Virus record (IMG/VR): IMGVR_UViG_3300024520_000050
Span: 1 to 64,000 of that record
Strand: one strand, 5' to 3'
DNA from: a virus
DNA: 64,000 nucleotides
The notes beneath the pieces are model-generated. The model was not told where the DNA came from and ran no database searches. It saw only the letters and a list, made by a program, of their open reading frames with translations. Within the stretch, counting starts at the first letter, position 1, and each line of letters starts with the position of its first letter. Below, one piece after another: positions 18,044 to 26,784 of this stretch. A program made the position numbers and the translations under genes.

Positions 18044-18201
18044 ATTCCCTGTCTTGCAATTGAATGATATTCGGAATTTACTCTAGAATAGTCCTATCAT
18101 CTGAACTCAAGTGGGTAGCGCCCAAGCATTGCTTTCCGCCTGATGAGTAATCTCAATCTCGGTGTCATGATACTTCAAAACTTGTTAGTTCAGCAGGGAA
18201 T
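18044..18201. ncRNA. candidate structured RNA
   Basis: ATTCCCTG/CAGGGAAT closure; GC-richer interior; no ORF. Confidence 0.45.
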
Positions 18202-18205
18202 TATA

Positions 18206-18517
18206 TTATCCACTTACATGGTTTGCTTCAATTGGATTATCCATTTCATAATCTTTTAATAGATTCTTAAACTCTTCTTTCCAACCATAAAATACGTGAA
18301 ATGGAGTATAATTCTCAGGATCTGTCCATTCTTTAATCCATGCTTTAAAATGGTCAAAATCAATACTCTCGTCAATTGAAATAACTTCATTAATAATTGC
18401 ATCCGATTCTGGATTTGAGTCTGTAGGCATGAAGAATAGAGTATCTTTATGTACGAATACAAGTTGATACCAATCTGAGAATCCATTTGAATTCTTTTGT
18501 TTAGCTAGTAATTTCAT
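18206..18517 (-). CDS. hypothetical protein
   Basis: 103-aa ORF with A-rich leader. Confidence 0.7.
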   Translation of the reverse strand: MKLLAKQKNSNGFSDWYQLVFVHKDTLFFMPTDSNPESDAIINEVISIDESIDFDHFKAWIKEWTDPENYTPFHVFYGWKEEFKNLLKDYEMDNPIEANHVSG

Positions 18518-18522
18518 AATAA

Positions 18523-18888
18523 TTAAGTTTTATATTTTATATTTCGTTTATCTAAAAATTCTTTGAATAAATCAGTTAATTGTTTTTTAATGAATTCTAT
18601 TGGTTTAATTATAGTAAGTGTATGATATGTATTTGTTTTATTACAATATACATTATATCTATTAACTTCATAATCGAAATTATATATAATTAGATATCTA
18701 TTATTAATTCTATAAAATCGATGGTAATCTGAATATGATGACGCATAAGAATTATAAAACCATTCATCATCAATACATTTATCAACTAATTCACTCAATA
18801 ACATTCCTTGACCAATTGCCAATACAACACCAAGTTGTCTCATGTTATCATTTTTAGATGATAATAATTGTTTAATATTTTTATTCAT
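18523..18888 (-). CDS. paralog family member (subgroup B)
   Basis: IKQLLSSKNDNMRQLGVVLAIGQGM. Confidence 0.8.
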   Translation of the reverse strand: MNKNIKQLLSSKNDNMRQLGVVLAIGQGMLLSELVDKCIDDEWFYNSYASSYSDYHRFYRINNRYLIIYNFDYEVNRYNVYCNKTNTYHTLTIIKPIEFIKKQLTDLFKEFLDKRNIKYKT

Positions 18889-18958
18889 AATGTTGTGTCG
18901 GCTCTACAGCCTCCGTTTAGTATTAAATTATTAAGAACAATGAAGAGATAGATATACT

Positions 18959-18978
18959 ATGGCGCGGACTATGTATTT
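18959..18978. repeat. GC-rich 20-mer, copy 2
   Basis: Identical to 380-399. Confidence 0.9.
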
Positions 18979-18984
18979 ATACAA

Positions 18985-19401
18985 CTAATCACCATTTATT
19001 TCAGTGTCTGTGTAATTTGCAAATATACATTGTAATACTTCGTTAACTGTTAAATCTCTGAATACACTTCTTGTTCTATGTCCTTTTCTATTTAACATAG
19101 AATGTATTTTATATTTCATGTTACTAAAAATATCTATACGACAATCTTTAATACTAAAACTTAAATGTTTTGGGGAAACCCGACCAAACGCTAACCGTTT
19201 ACTTTCACTCCATATATACATCTCTTGTCTATTTGATAATGTTATTGTTATTGTAGGCCAATAAGTTTTGGAATTCAACATACTCAACAAATCAACTTTA
19301 GTATAATCAAATACATTACCATCTTTCTCATATCCTTTAATCAATTGATAAGCCAATAAATAATGACCATTTTCAAATAATTGTATTATATTTTCTTGCA
19401 T
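18985..19401 (-). CDS. paralog family member (divergent)
   Basis: NIIQLFENGHYLLAYQLIKG. Confidence 0.6.
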   Translation of the reverse strand: MQENIIQLFENGHYLLAYQLIKGYEKDGNVFDYTKVDLLSMLNSKTYWPTITITLSNRQEMYIWSESKRLAFGRVSPKHLSFSIKDCRIDIFSNMKYKIHSMLNRKGHRTRSVFRDLTVNEVLQCIFANYTDTEINGD

Positions 19402-19420
19402 TGTTTGTTTATAATTTATA

Positions 19421-19738
19421 TTACATGAAAGGATTCTTTAATTCATCTATCATGTGATCGAACGCTTCTAATTTACCTACTCCATCTACACCCCAAAATA
19501 CTCCACTATAGATTATCCAAACTTCAGATTTACTCATCTTTATTTTATATTCTCCTAAATTTAAAATAAAGATGAAATGTTTCCCAATTATATTAAACTT
19601 AAACTCATTCCACAACAATTCCATTAATTCTACATCAATTAATCCACGTCCCTCACTAATTTTAAACGCTAATCTACGTGTTGCTACGTCTGGCGAACAA
19701 AGTAGGCTATATAAATTCTTTAATTCTAATTTAGTCAT
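19421..19738 (-). CDS. paralog family member (subgroup A)
   Basis: MTKLELKNLYSLLCS..LAFKISEGRGL. Confidence 0.8.
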   Translation of the reverse strand: MTKLELKNLYSLLCSPDVATRRLAFKISEGRGLIDVELMELLWNEFKFNIIGKHFIFILNLGEYKIKMSKSEVWIIYSGVFWGVDGVGKLEAFDHMIDELKNPFM

Positions 19739-19939
19739 GTTTCATCTCTTTAGGAGGATATGATGCAAATACATTTCGTGATGGTACAGTCAATCTTATT
19801 AAACCAAAACCTAAATGTTTAAATTCTAACGGACATCTTCTATTTTTCATATTTTATTATTTACAATCACATTTCCACCAAATTAATTTACATCTTTGAC
19901 AGTATTTACCTGTCCACGTTTTTAATCTTTTAAGTAATT

Positions 19940-20242
19940 TCATTTGTTTAATATTTTTATTAATGCTTTAATACGACTTTTCTTTGTACCACAATGACCT
20001 ATATTATTCCACATTAGTGACCAATGAGTAGAACCAATATGTATATTTTGTTTTAATTTACAATATCCAAAATCTAATTGAGGTGTATCAAAGTAATCAG
20101 TCTTAATAGCAAAATTATCCCACATTAATTCAATCAATTCTTTATCTGTATATCCAAACCCTTCTGCTATTTTAAATGCTAATTTAGCTGTATTTTGACC
20201 ACATAATAAATCATGTAAACCATTTAATTCTTTGTCTGTCAT
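19940..20242 (-). CDS. paralog family member (subgroup A)
   Basis: MTDKELNGLHDLLC..LAFKIAEGFGY. Confidence 0.8.
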   Translation of the reverse strand: MTDKELNGLHDLLCGQNTAKLAFKIAEGFGYTDKELIELMWDNFAIKTDYFDTPQLDFGYCKLKQNIHIGSTHWSLMWNNIGHCGTKKSRIKALIKILNK

Positions 20243-20574
20243 TATTTCATTTTTGCAATACTATGTAATCTACCATGTCGTAGCCATTTGATTACTATTT
20301 TAAACACTCTTTCATTATTTAAGTAATAACATATTGGATAATTCTGTGTATTGTGATATTCAAGCTTCCAACAATGCTCATCATTAGTAAATAATCTAAT
20401 CATCTTTAATTTTCCAAACTCTAAGATATAATTACTAGGTCGCATCTTACACCAAAGTAACTTAATAAGTTGTTCATCAGTTAATTCATGAGCTTCTATT
20501 ATTTTAAGTGCTAATTTGAATGTTGTAGATGAACATAGTAATTGATGCAAATTATTTAATTCTTTCTTTGTCAT
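20242..20574 (-). CDS. paralog family member (subgroup A)
   Basis: MTKKELNNLHQLLCS..LALKIIEAHEL. Confidence 0.8.
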   Translation of the reverse strand: MTKKELNNLHQLLCSSTTFKLALKIIEAHELTDEQLIKLLWCKMRPSNYILEFGKLKMIRLFTNDEHCWKLEYHNTQNYPICYYLNNERVFKIVIKWLRHGRLHSIAKMK

Positions 20575-20941
20575 CTTTTAATGCTTTTACTAAATATTTA
20601 ATTAATTTTCTAACAACTTTATCAAATTGATATTGTTCACTTTTATTACCTTTGTAAGTATTTGTATCAATCCAATCTCCATTCATGTGAATTTCATATA
20701 CTATGAAACTATAATTAATACGCCAAGTAATACTCATATCTAAACCTAAAAAATATACATGAAGTAAATGAACACCATTATTGGGAATCTCATTTCTAAC
20801 AACCAAATTAGCTATATCACATAATTCCCAACCATGTTGTTGAGCTAGTAATATACCTAATCTATTTGCATCACCATTGTTCGCCAGCAGTAATTGCTTG
20901 ATGGAATCTGTTGTTTCTTGTGGTATCTTACTAGTTTTCAT
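20552..20941 (-). CDS. paralog family member (subgroup B)
   Basis: SIKQLLLANNGDANRLGILLAQQHG. Confidence 0.75.
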   Translation of the reverse strand: MKTSKIPQETTDSIKQLLLANNGDANRLGILLAQQHGWELCDIANLVVRNEIPNNGVHLLHVYFLGLDMSITWRINYSFIVYEIHMNGDWIDTNTYKGNKSEQYQFDKVVRKLIKYLVKALKDDKERIK

Positions 20942-20987
20942 ATCTTTATGTTGTTAAAATGTCCGTCGCCGAACAAAGTTAAACCAA

Positions 20988-21365
20988 TTATTTATGTTTC
21001 ATGCAACGAGTTGACATCCAACCTGAAGTATTTAGTTCTCCCTCATCTCCACATTCATCACATATTTTATAACTATCTTCTTCTGCTTTAGATATTAACT
21101 CATGTACTTCATCAGTAGCTGAATTAATATAAAATCTAAGTCCACCAAACTTCTCTTTACATTGACATAATTGTTTATCCCAATCTAATTTGATTAACTC
21201 TTCGATTAATTCTTTGACTAATCCTAACCATCCGTTACCGATTTCGAAGTAGTATCTGGACATTATTAGGTCTCTATCCGGATAAAATCCGTTGACTAGA
21301 CCGTTTATTGACTGAAGGAATGTGTTAAACTCATCATCAGTCATGTAGTATTTATTTGTATTCAT
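20988..21365 (-). CDS. conserved phage protein (KEKFGGLRFY family)
   Basis: GWLGLV..QCKEKFGGLRFYI..ICDECG motif, widespread in phages. Confidence 0.85.
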   Translation of the reverse strand: MNTNKYYMTDDEFNTFLQSINGLVNGFYPDRDLIMSRYYFEIGNGWLGLVKELIEELIKLDWDKQLCQCKEKFGGLRFYINSATDEVHELISKAEEDSYKICDECGDEGELNTSGWMSTRCMKHK

Positions 21366-21421
21366 ATCTCTTATTTGTTAGTATTCATTTCAACCAAAGC
21401 ATAACGAAGTTAAACCTAAAA

Positions 21422-21742
21422 TTATAAAATGCTATCTCTTATTAAATATCTTACAAGAGCTTCAAACACATGACTTTGCGGCCATGGAATATCTTCAGTA
21501 CCATCTCTATAACCTATAGGCCAAATTTTCCAAGCGTGCCCATTAATATATTTATGTCGTAGTTTCATTAAAGTGTACCTCTTAAAATTAATATGGCGTC
21601 CTCTTACATTTAACTTACACCAAATCAACTTAAGTAATTCTACATTAGTTAAGCCATGTCCTTCTGCAATCTTAAATGCTACAGATGATGTATGTTGATA
21701 ACATAATAACTGATGTAGATTTATAAGTTCTTGTTTAGTCAT
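21422..21742 (-). CDS. paralog family member (subgroup A)
   Basis: MTKQELINLHQLLCY..VAFKIAEGHGL; start reset to Met at 21742 by paralog alignment. Confidence 0.8.
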   Translation of the reverse strand: MTKQELINLHQLLCYQHTSSVAFKIAEGHGLTNVELLKLIWCKLNVRGRHINFKRYTLMKLRHKYINGHAWKIWPIGYRDGTEDIPWPQSHVFEALVRYLIRDSIL

Positions 21743-21814
21743 AGTAATTAATTTTAATGTTAAACCTATATAAAAACGGCAGTAGGTCTCCACCTACCAC
21801 CTATACTCAAACTA

Positions 21815-22351
21815 TTATATTCTTATTACAGATATACATTGCATAACAAGTCCATTTCGGAATGTCACATCATGATATGTAATTATTGTTTCACCTGGTT
21901 CATAATGTACTCCACAACCTCGAAGTATATTAATAAATCTTTGTTCTGGAACTTCTTGACAATGAGCTTCATCAATCATTATTCCTTCTAATGTTGTCAT
22001 ATCAAACCAATTATCACCATAAACTAAACTCATATCATCAGGACGAGTGATCCCAAAGTTATTCATGACACGATATTTCTTATCTTGCATGATAATATCT
22101 GCTAATTCAGCTTTATCTTCACTTAATAATGAACTTATGAATCGTGTATTAGTACCATTTGTAATAGAAGGAATATAACTTTCGTTAATCCAAGCAGTCA
22201 ATTTAATAGCATATACTTCCATATCATTAATAACTCCTTCCTTCCACATAAATTCATACACTCTATTCTCTTCATTCAATTGACTAGTAATACCATGTAT
22301 AACAGCATCAGCTTCTGCATTTGCTTGTTTTATTTTATCTTGGTAGTTCAT
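21815..22351 (-). CDS. hypothetical protein
   Basis: 178-aa ORF with TACTCAAA-type leader. Confidence 0.75.
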   Translation of the reverse strand: MNYQDKIKQANAEADAVIHGITSQLNEENRVYEFMWKEGVINDMEVYAIKLTAWINESYIPSITNGTNTRFISSLLSEDKAELADIIMQDKKYRVMNNFGITRPDDMSLVYGDNWFDMTTLEGIMIDEAHCQEVPEQRFINILRGCGVHYEPGETIITYHDVTFRNGLVMQCISVIRI

Positions 22352-22384
22352 TTTGATTAAGTTTTGAGTTTAAGTTAATAAAAA

Positions 22385-22530
22385 ATGCCTCGAAGATTTC
22401 TCTCTTTTATTCACAAGTTCCAGATCAACGGACTCAATGCGGAGGCATACCTATCCTTGTCAAGGAATACAATTAAGTATATGACTAGATTCGTTACGAG
22501 TGTTGACTTACTCTTGAGTAGTTAGTAGAT
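22385..22530. ncRNA. candidate structured intergenic RNA
   Basis: ATGCCTC/GAGGCAT stem plus TTCCTTG-like, CTCGT-like and TACTC/GAGTA hairpins. Confidence 0.35.
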
Positions 22531-22536
22531 ATTATA

Positions 22537-23367
22537 TTAATAACCAATTTGAGGTGGTATTAAATCTGTTGTTTTACCACACTTTGGACAAATATGTCGA
22601 TATCCTTTTCCTTGAGGAATATGAATAAATGCTGGTGGATTATGTTCGATATGAGTACATTTTTGCTTAGTATTAGGTAAATCAAAGAATCCACCGTTAT
22701 TGTTGGCAGTAACATTATCATGTTGGACTCTGACTACATTCTTTACATCAGTTGGTTTCAAATGAGTAAAGTCTAATATTTTATTCAAGTCTACATTATA
22801 TGCTTTCATCTTACGGAACATTATTCCACTTAATGATTCGTTCTCTGGTTGAAATGTATCACCTCCATCTACTAATTTCAATGAGTCTAATATTGATAAC
22901 ATGCATTGACCCATATTGTTTATACTATTCTTTTTCATTTGTATTATTTTACATTCTAGATTCGTCAAGACTTCATTATTTCTTATAGATGAATAAAGAA
23001 CCATATCAGAATCAATTTCTCCTTTACAATATTCTTTAAGAAAACCTTCTGGTATTGTTGGTAAGCCACATGACTCATCAGTTGTTGCAATCACTTTACT
23101 CAAATGATGCCAACTACCCATTAAATCAGATACACATACAACAATATTACGAGATTCATCATGATAACAATAATCTCCTTTTTTAATCTTACCTTCAGAT
23201 AATACATACAAATGTTGAGGTGTAGCTTCATTTGCATAAGTATTCTCTTGCAATGTTTCTATTACGTTCCACAAGCCAATAAATCCTCTTGCTGACTTGA
23301 ATAAATTACCAGATTTCAATGCTTCATTACTTGGAAGCATAACTATTTTACATTTTTTAAGTTTCAT
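22537..23367 (-). CDS. multi-domain hypothetical protein
   Basis: N-terminal IVMLP..QHLYVLS..IKKGD..KVIATTD domain; C-terminal CxH..CPKC zinc-like motif. Confidence 0.8.
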   Translation of the reverse strand: MKLKKCKIVMLPSNEALKSGNLFKSARGFIGLWNVIETLQENTYANEATPQHLYVLSEGKIKKGDYCYHDESRNIVVCVSDLMGSWHHLSKVIATTDESCGLPTIPEGFLKEYCKGEIDSDMVLYSSIRNNEVLTNLECKIIQMKKNSINNMGQCMLSILDSLKLVDGGDTFQPENESLSGIMFRKMKAYNVDLNKILDFTHLKPTDVKNVVRVQHDNVTANNNGGFFDLPNTKQKCTHIEHNPPAFIHIPQGKGYRHICPKCGKTTDLIPPQIGY

Positions 23368-23393
23368 AATTTAAGTTTTGAGTATTATTTAAA

Positions 23394-23489
23394 AAACACG
23401 CTAATTACTTTCCTATCTTAAGCCAAAGCTTCAAGTTCCATAATTATTAGTTTGACATCACAGGTTACCCTCCATCAAATTACGTGTTT
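23394..23489. ncRNA. candidate structured intergenic RNA
   Basis: AAACACG-C-TAATT / AATTA-CGTGTTT closure spanning the whole intergenic gap. Confidence 0.35.
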
Positions 23490-23492
23490 ATG

Positions 23493-23930
23493 TTATTTAG
23501 TCCATATTCCAACAGGATATGTGATCCCTGAAGAAACATGTTCTGTTGTTTTCTTAGGTGAATTATTAATAAAATCAGTATTACTAATATAATTAATAAA
23601 TTCATCTTCATTATCAAAGTTGAATCCATCCATAGAATGAACTCTAAATGACATATTACAACCAATACTATAATGTTGAACACTAAATCCATTAGATTTT
23701 TCTTCTCCGTGTCTTACATAATATGCTTGATATGGTAAACAATTATTATATTTTGGTATACATACTTTAAATTCAATATTACCTTCATAATTTCTACCAC
23801 CTAATTCGAATAAACAATCGTGCTCATTCTTTACTGGAATGAAAATATATCCTTGTTCTTCATTACTTTTGATTAATTCAACAGCTTCCAAAATGGATAT
23901 ATTTTCATTTAATAATTTAAGTAATTTCAT
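23493..23930 (-). CDS. hypothetical protein
   Basis: 145-aa ORF. Confidence 0.7.
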   Translation of the reverse strand: MKLLKLLNENISILEAVELIKSNEEQGYIFIPVKNEHDCLFELGGRNYEGNIEFKVCIPKYNNCLPYQAYYVRHGEEKSNGFSVQHYSIGCNMSFRVHSMDGFNFDNEDEFINYISNTDFINNSPKKTTEHVSSGITYPVGIWTK

Positions 23931-23942
23931 AATTTAAGTATT

Positions 23943-24086
23943 TTAATCATTATCATTCCAATCAACTTGTCGTGCTCCATTAAGAAGTACAACAGCAATA
24001 ACAACAATGACAATCACAGCTGCTATGTTATTATAGTAACTGACTGTGTCGTAAATAGCCGAATTGGCTAATAATATCTTATTCAT
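23943..24086 (-). CDS. 47-aa single-TM peptide (not in ORF track)
   Basis: MNKILLANSAIYDTVSYYNIAAVIVIVVIAVVLLNGARQVDWNDND; TACTCAAA leader. Confidence 0.6.
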   Translation of the reverse strand: MNKILLANSAIYDTVSYYNNIAAVIVIVVIAVVLLNGARQVDWNDND

Positions 24087-24106
24087 AATAATTTAATTTT
24101 TGAGTA

Positions 24107-24409
24107 TTAATTAATTTTTATTTTATGACCTTTTTCTGGATTAGGATGGTCCGTCTTGTAAACAGTACGAACCCATACTTTTCCATCAATTTCTTCAACA
24201 TAAGTATCAAGACTCATTTCAAAACAAGCCCAATTTACTTCAATATCAGATTCTGGTAAATAACCATACAACACATAAAATGCAAGGTATAAATGATTAT
24301 TTCCTTCCATTGTACATGGAATAGGAAAGTATCTACGCGGACCATTTTTATAGTCACGTATTTCTGATAGACTTAGTAAAGCGTCTATATATTCTGTATC
24401 TATAATCAT
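24107..24409 (-). CDS. hypothetical protein
   Basis: ORF with TACTCAAA leader. Confidence 0.7.
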   Translation of the reverse strand: MIIDTEYIDALLSLSEIRDYKNGPRRYFPIPCTMEGNNHLYLAFYVLYGYLPESDIEVNWACFEMSLDTYVEEIDGKVWVRTVYKTDHPNPEKGHKIKIN

Positions 24410-24590
24410 AATGTTTAATTTTAAGTTTGAGTAAATAAAAATAAGAGGAATAGAACCATCACCTCTTTATAACGTACTCAAGCTAGTTATTCATGCACCA
24501 TGCCTTACGTCTTTATCATCAATGAAAATTACACTGATTAATGTAATTGGACGTCATTGGAGTCAAGATAGTGACAGTTTCTTAATTTTG

Positions 24591-24663
24591 TGAACAGGTG
24601 CGGATTCGAACCGCAGTCTGATGGTTAGCCAACCATTCCTCTGACCAACTGAGGTACCTGTTT
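24591..24663 (-). tRNA. tRNA with 6-nt anticodon loop (UGGCUA); identity undetermined
   Basis: Cloverleaf AAACAGG/CCTGTTC, CCTC-AGTTGGTCA-GAGG, ATGGT-TGGCTA-ACCAT, TGCGG-TTCGAAT-CCGCA; A1-C72 mismatch; no encoded CCA. Confidence 0.8.
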
Positions 24664-24710
24664 CCATATAATACACGGTTGAAATGAGACCTCGTGTTAT
24701 TCTCATTACC

Positions 24711-24902
24711 TTATCTATAATGATTAGGTTTGTATTTGCTTCTACGACCAGAATTGAAATAATGTGTCGTAATTTGCTTTGTATAATTCCAGCTAGGGAT
24801 TTCAGCTCTATCACTTAATGATTGATTAGAACCACTAAATAATGAAGCAAATGAAGTTAATAATGCAAATAAAAATACGAATATTCTTTTGATATTTTTC
24901 AT
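24711..24902 (-). CDS. small protein with hydrophobic N-terminus
   Basis: MKNIKRIFVFLFALLTSFA signal-like. Confidence 0.55.
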   Translation of the reverse strand: MKNIKRIFVFLFALLTSFASLFSGSNQSLSDRAEIPSWNYTKQITTHYFNSGRRSKYKPNHYR

Positions 24903-24962
24903 TTTAATAAAGTTTTGGTATTATATTTAATTAATAAAGTTTCTTAATAAAATAAATGTATT

Positions 24963-25127
24963 CTAACTTCCTGCATCAGCACCAACCAGAACCTCTTGAT
25001 TTAATACAGCTCTATTCTGCACTGCAGGTTGGCTATAATCATTAAGTTCAAATTTGTTAGCGAGTTGACTTCTTACTTTTTTGTCTTCAACATATTGAAG
25101 ACGTTGTTTTTTTCCTGTAAATTTCAT
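24963..25127 (-). CDS. 54-aa protein (not in ORF track)
   Basis: MKFTGKKQRLQYVEDKKVRSQLANKFELNDYSQPAVQNRAVLNQEVLVGADAGS with A-rich leader. Confidence 0.5.
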   Translation of the reverse strand: MKFTGKKQRLQYVEDKKVRSQLANKFELNDYSQPAVQNRAVLNQEVLVGADAGS

Positions 25128-25168
25128 AATAATTAATTTAAGTGGTTTAAAATAATAAAGTTATAAGA

Positions 25169-25618
25169 TTAGAATCGTACATTATTTGATGCACGATGTA
25201 CTTTGACTGCCTTACGTTTAATCTCATTACGTAAAACATTTACTGCCTGATCAAAATCATTAGTTGAATATACATATCCATGCTGAGCACGAATTCTTAT
25301 GTAATCCAATTTGTTTGATTCTACATTAACATATCTGTTAACCATGGCAATCTTACCTACATAAGTAGTTAATTGAAGACCATCTTCAACATTGTCAGCC
25401 ATGAAGACTTCAGATTCATCAGTAATCAATCCCCATTCCCAATCAGTTGTGGCATCAGCATACAGTATATAATCACCATCATATTTGACAGCCATTAGAC
25501 CTTTTTCCATGTGAGGAGCACCATTATCAGGTACAATCACATGATATTCAGTTGTATCAATTTGTGCAGATACATTTAATGATAATAATACGAATAAAAA
25601 TAATAATAAAGTTTTCAT
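25169..25618 (-). CDS. secreted protein
   Basis: Signal peptide MKTLLLFLFVLLSLNVSAQ. Confidence 0.8.
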   Translation of the reverse strand: MKTLLLFLFVLLSLNVSAQIDTTEYHVIVPDNGAPHMEKGLMAVKYDGDYILYADATTDWEWGLITDESEVFMADNVEDGLQLTTYVGKIAMVNRYVNVESNKLDYIRIRAQHGYVYSTNDFDQAVNVLRNEIKRKAVKVHRASNNVRF

Positions 25619-25661
25619 TGTTTAATAAGTTTAAAGTGTTAATAATAAAGTTCTTTGAATA

Positions 25662-26005
25662 AATAAATTGAACGCTGCTGCATAGCCACTATGGACTAGT
25701 CAATTATTATAATGCTACGGAGTTACCATCTACACATACAACCTAATTAAGGTTTACGCTGACTGTCATCACGGCTTCAATTTATTAACTGTTATACAAA
25801 GAAGTGCTTGAGTTTTAGGAACATTAGCCTCTCTTCTTTGGTAAATATAATGGTTGTCGTTACCAACGGTAGCTCTCCACTATTATGCGTCTTCACGAGG
25901 CATAATAATTTCAATTACTAGAGTACTACAGTAGCTCCATACATTCGGCTTTCATCTATATCCGAAGGAGGTGATGCTCAAGCTATCCACGTGCTGTAAT
26001 AATTA
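25662..26005 (-). ncRNA. cluster of 2-3 candidate structured RNAs
   Basis: 11-bp AATAAATTGAA/TTCAATTTATT closure (25662-25786); CAAAGAAG/CTTCTTTG, ATTATGC/GCATAAT, TTCGG/CCGAA, TACAG/CTGTA stems; no ORF. Confidence 0.45.
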
Positions 26006-26030
26006 AAACATGATTATTAGTCTTATTGAC

Positions 26031-26211
26031 GTTGCTAATTTGGGATTCGAACCCTGCCCGATCCATTTCTGGTAGGAACATTCCAATCATCTAATGTTGG
26101 TAAAGCACTAATCTTACATTAGTCTCGTGGTCTTTTTGATCTATATCCCACTGTACTGATTGTTTTAATTATTCATCAATGATGTTTCAAGGCTATTATA
26201 GCACTGACAAC
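26031..26211 (-). ncRNA. tRNA-like-domain RNA (181 nt) with large insertion
   Basis: GGG-TTCGAAT-CCC T-arm at 3' end; imperfect GTTGTCAGT/ATTAGCAAC closure; GCTA-TAA-TAGC D-like hairpin. Confidence 0.45.
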
Positions 26212-26565
26212 TTATCTCTCTTCATTGATGTTAATCTTTAATATCTGACCAATAGGTAGTATAATACCTTTCTTCTTTCTTTCCTGATAATCTAAATGTT
26301 GATATCGTTCACTAATTCCAACTAGCCATTCATTAGCATTTTTAATTGATTTTTTTAAGTTTATACCTTGAATTTTACACTCACCATATTCTATAGAAAA
26401 TATAGGAGTCCAATTAAATTCATGCTCACACCATTTCCAAACCCAATTATCATCTGAATTAATGTTAGAACATAATAAATAATATTCTGATTCAGTATTA
26501 AGCTCTACTTCGTCTATCCACTTGAATGATTTATAATCATCAGTATTTAATTTGATTTGAGACAT
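26212..26565 (-). CDS. hypothetical protein
   Basis: 117-aa ORF. Confidence 0.7.
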   Translation of the reverse strand: MSQIKLNTDDYKSFKWIDEVELNTESEYYLLCSNINSDDNWVWKWCEHEFNWTPIFSIEYGECKIQGINLKKSIKNANEWLVGISERYQHLDYQERKKKGIILPIGQILKININEER

Positions 26566-26784
26566 AATTTTAATTTTACATGAAATAAATAACAGACATT
26601 AACTCAAAGTCAAGTCCGCGCCACATCTATACAACTCTACAAATAGAGTCTAAATCACTTTTCCCGTAATTACTGGAGGGAAAAGTGTAAATTACCATGC
26701 TATATAATACAGTATCTGTATTATACTATATTCAACCCATTACTAGAGTTCCTCTAATATAGGTAATACCATACTATATATTAA

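Noticed and set aside
18140-18147. CTGATGAG resembling a hammerhead ribozyme core
   Set aside because: No GAAA following a stem II and it is on the non-transcribed strand; not supportable by eye
24563-24814. 83-aa minus-strand ORF
   Set aside because: Runs through the tRNA cloverleaf and overlaps another ORF
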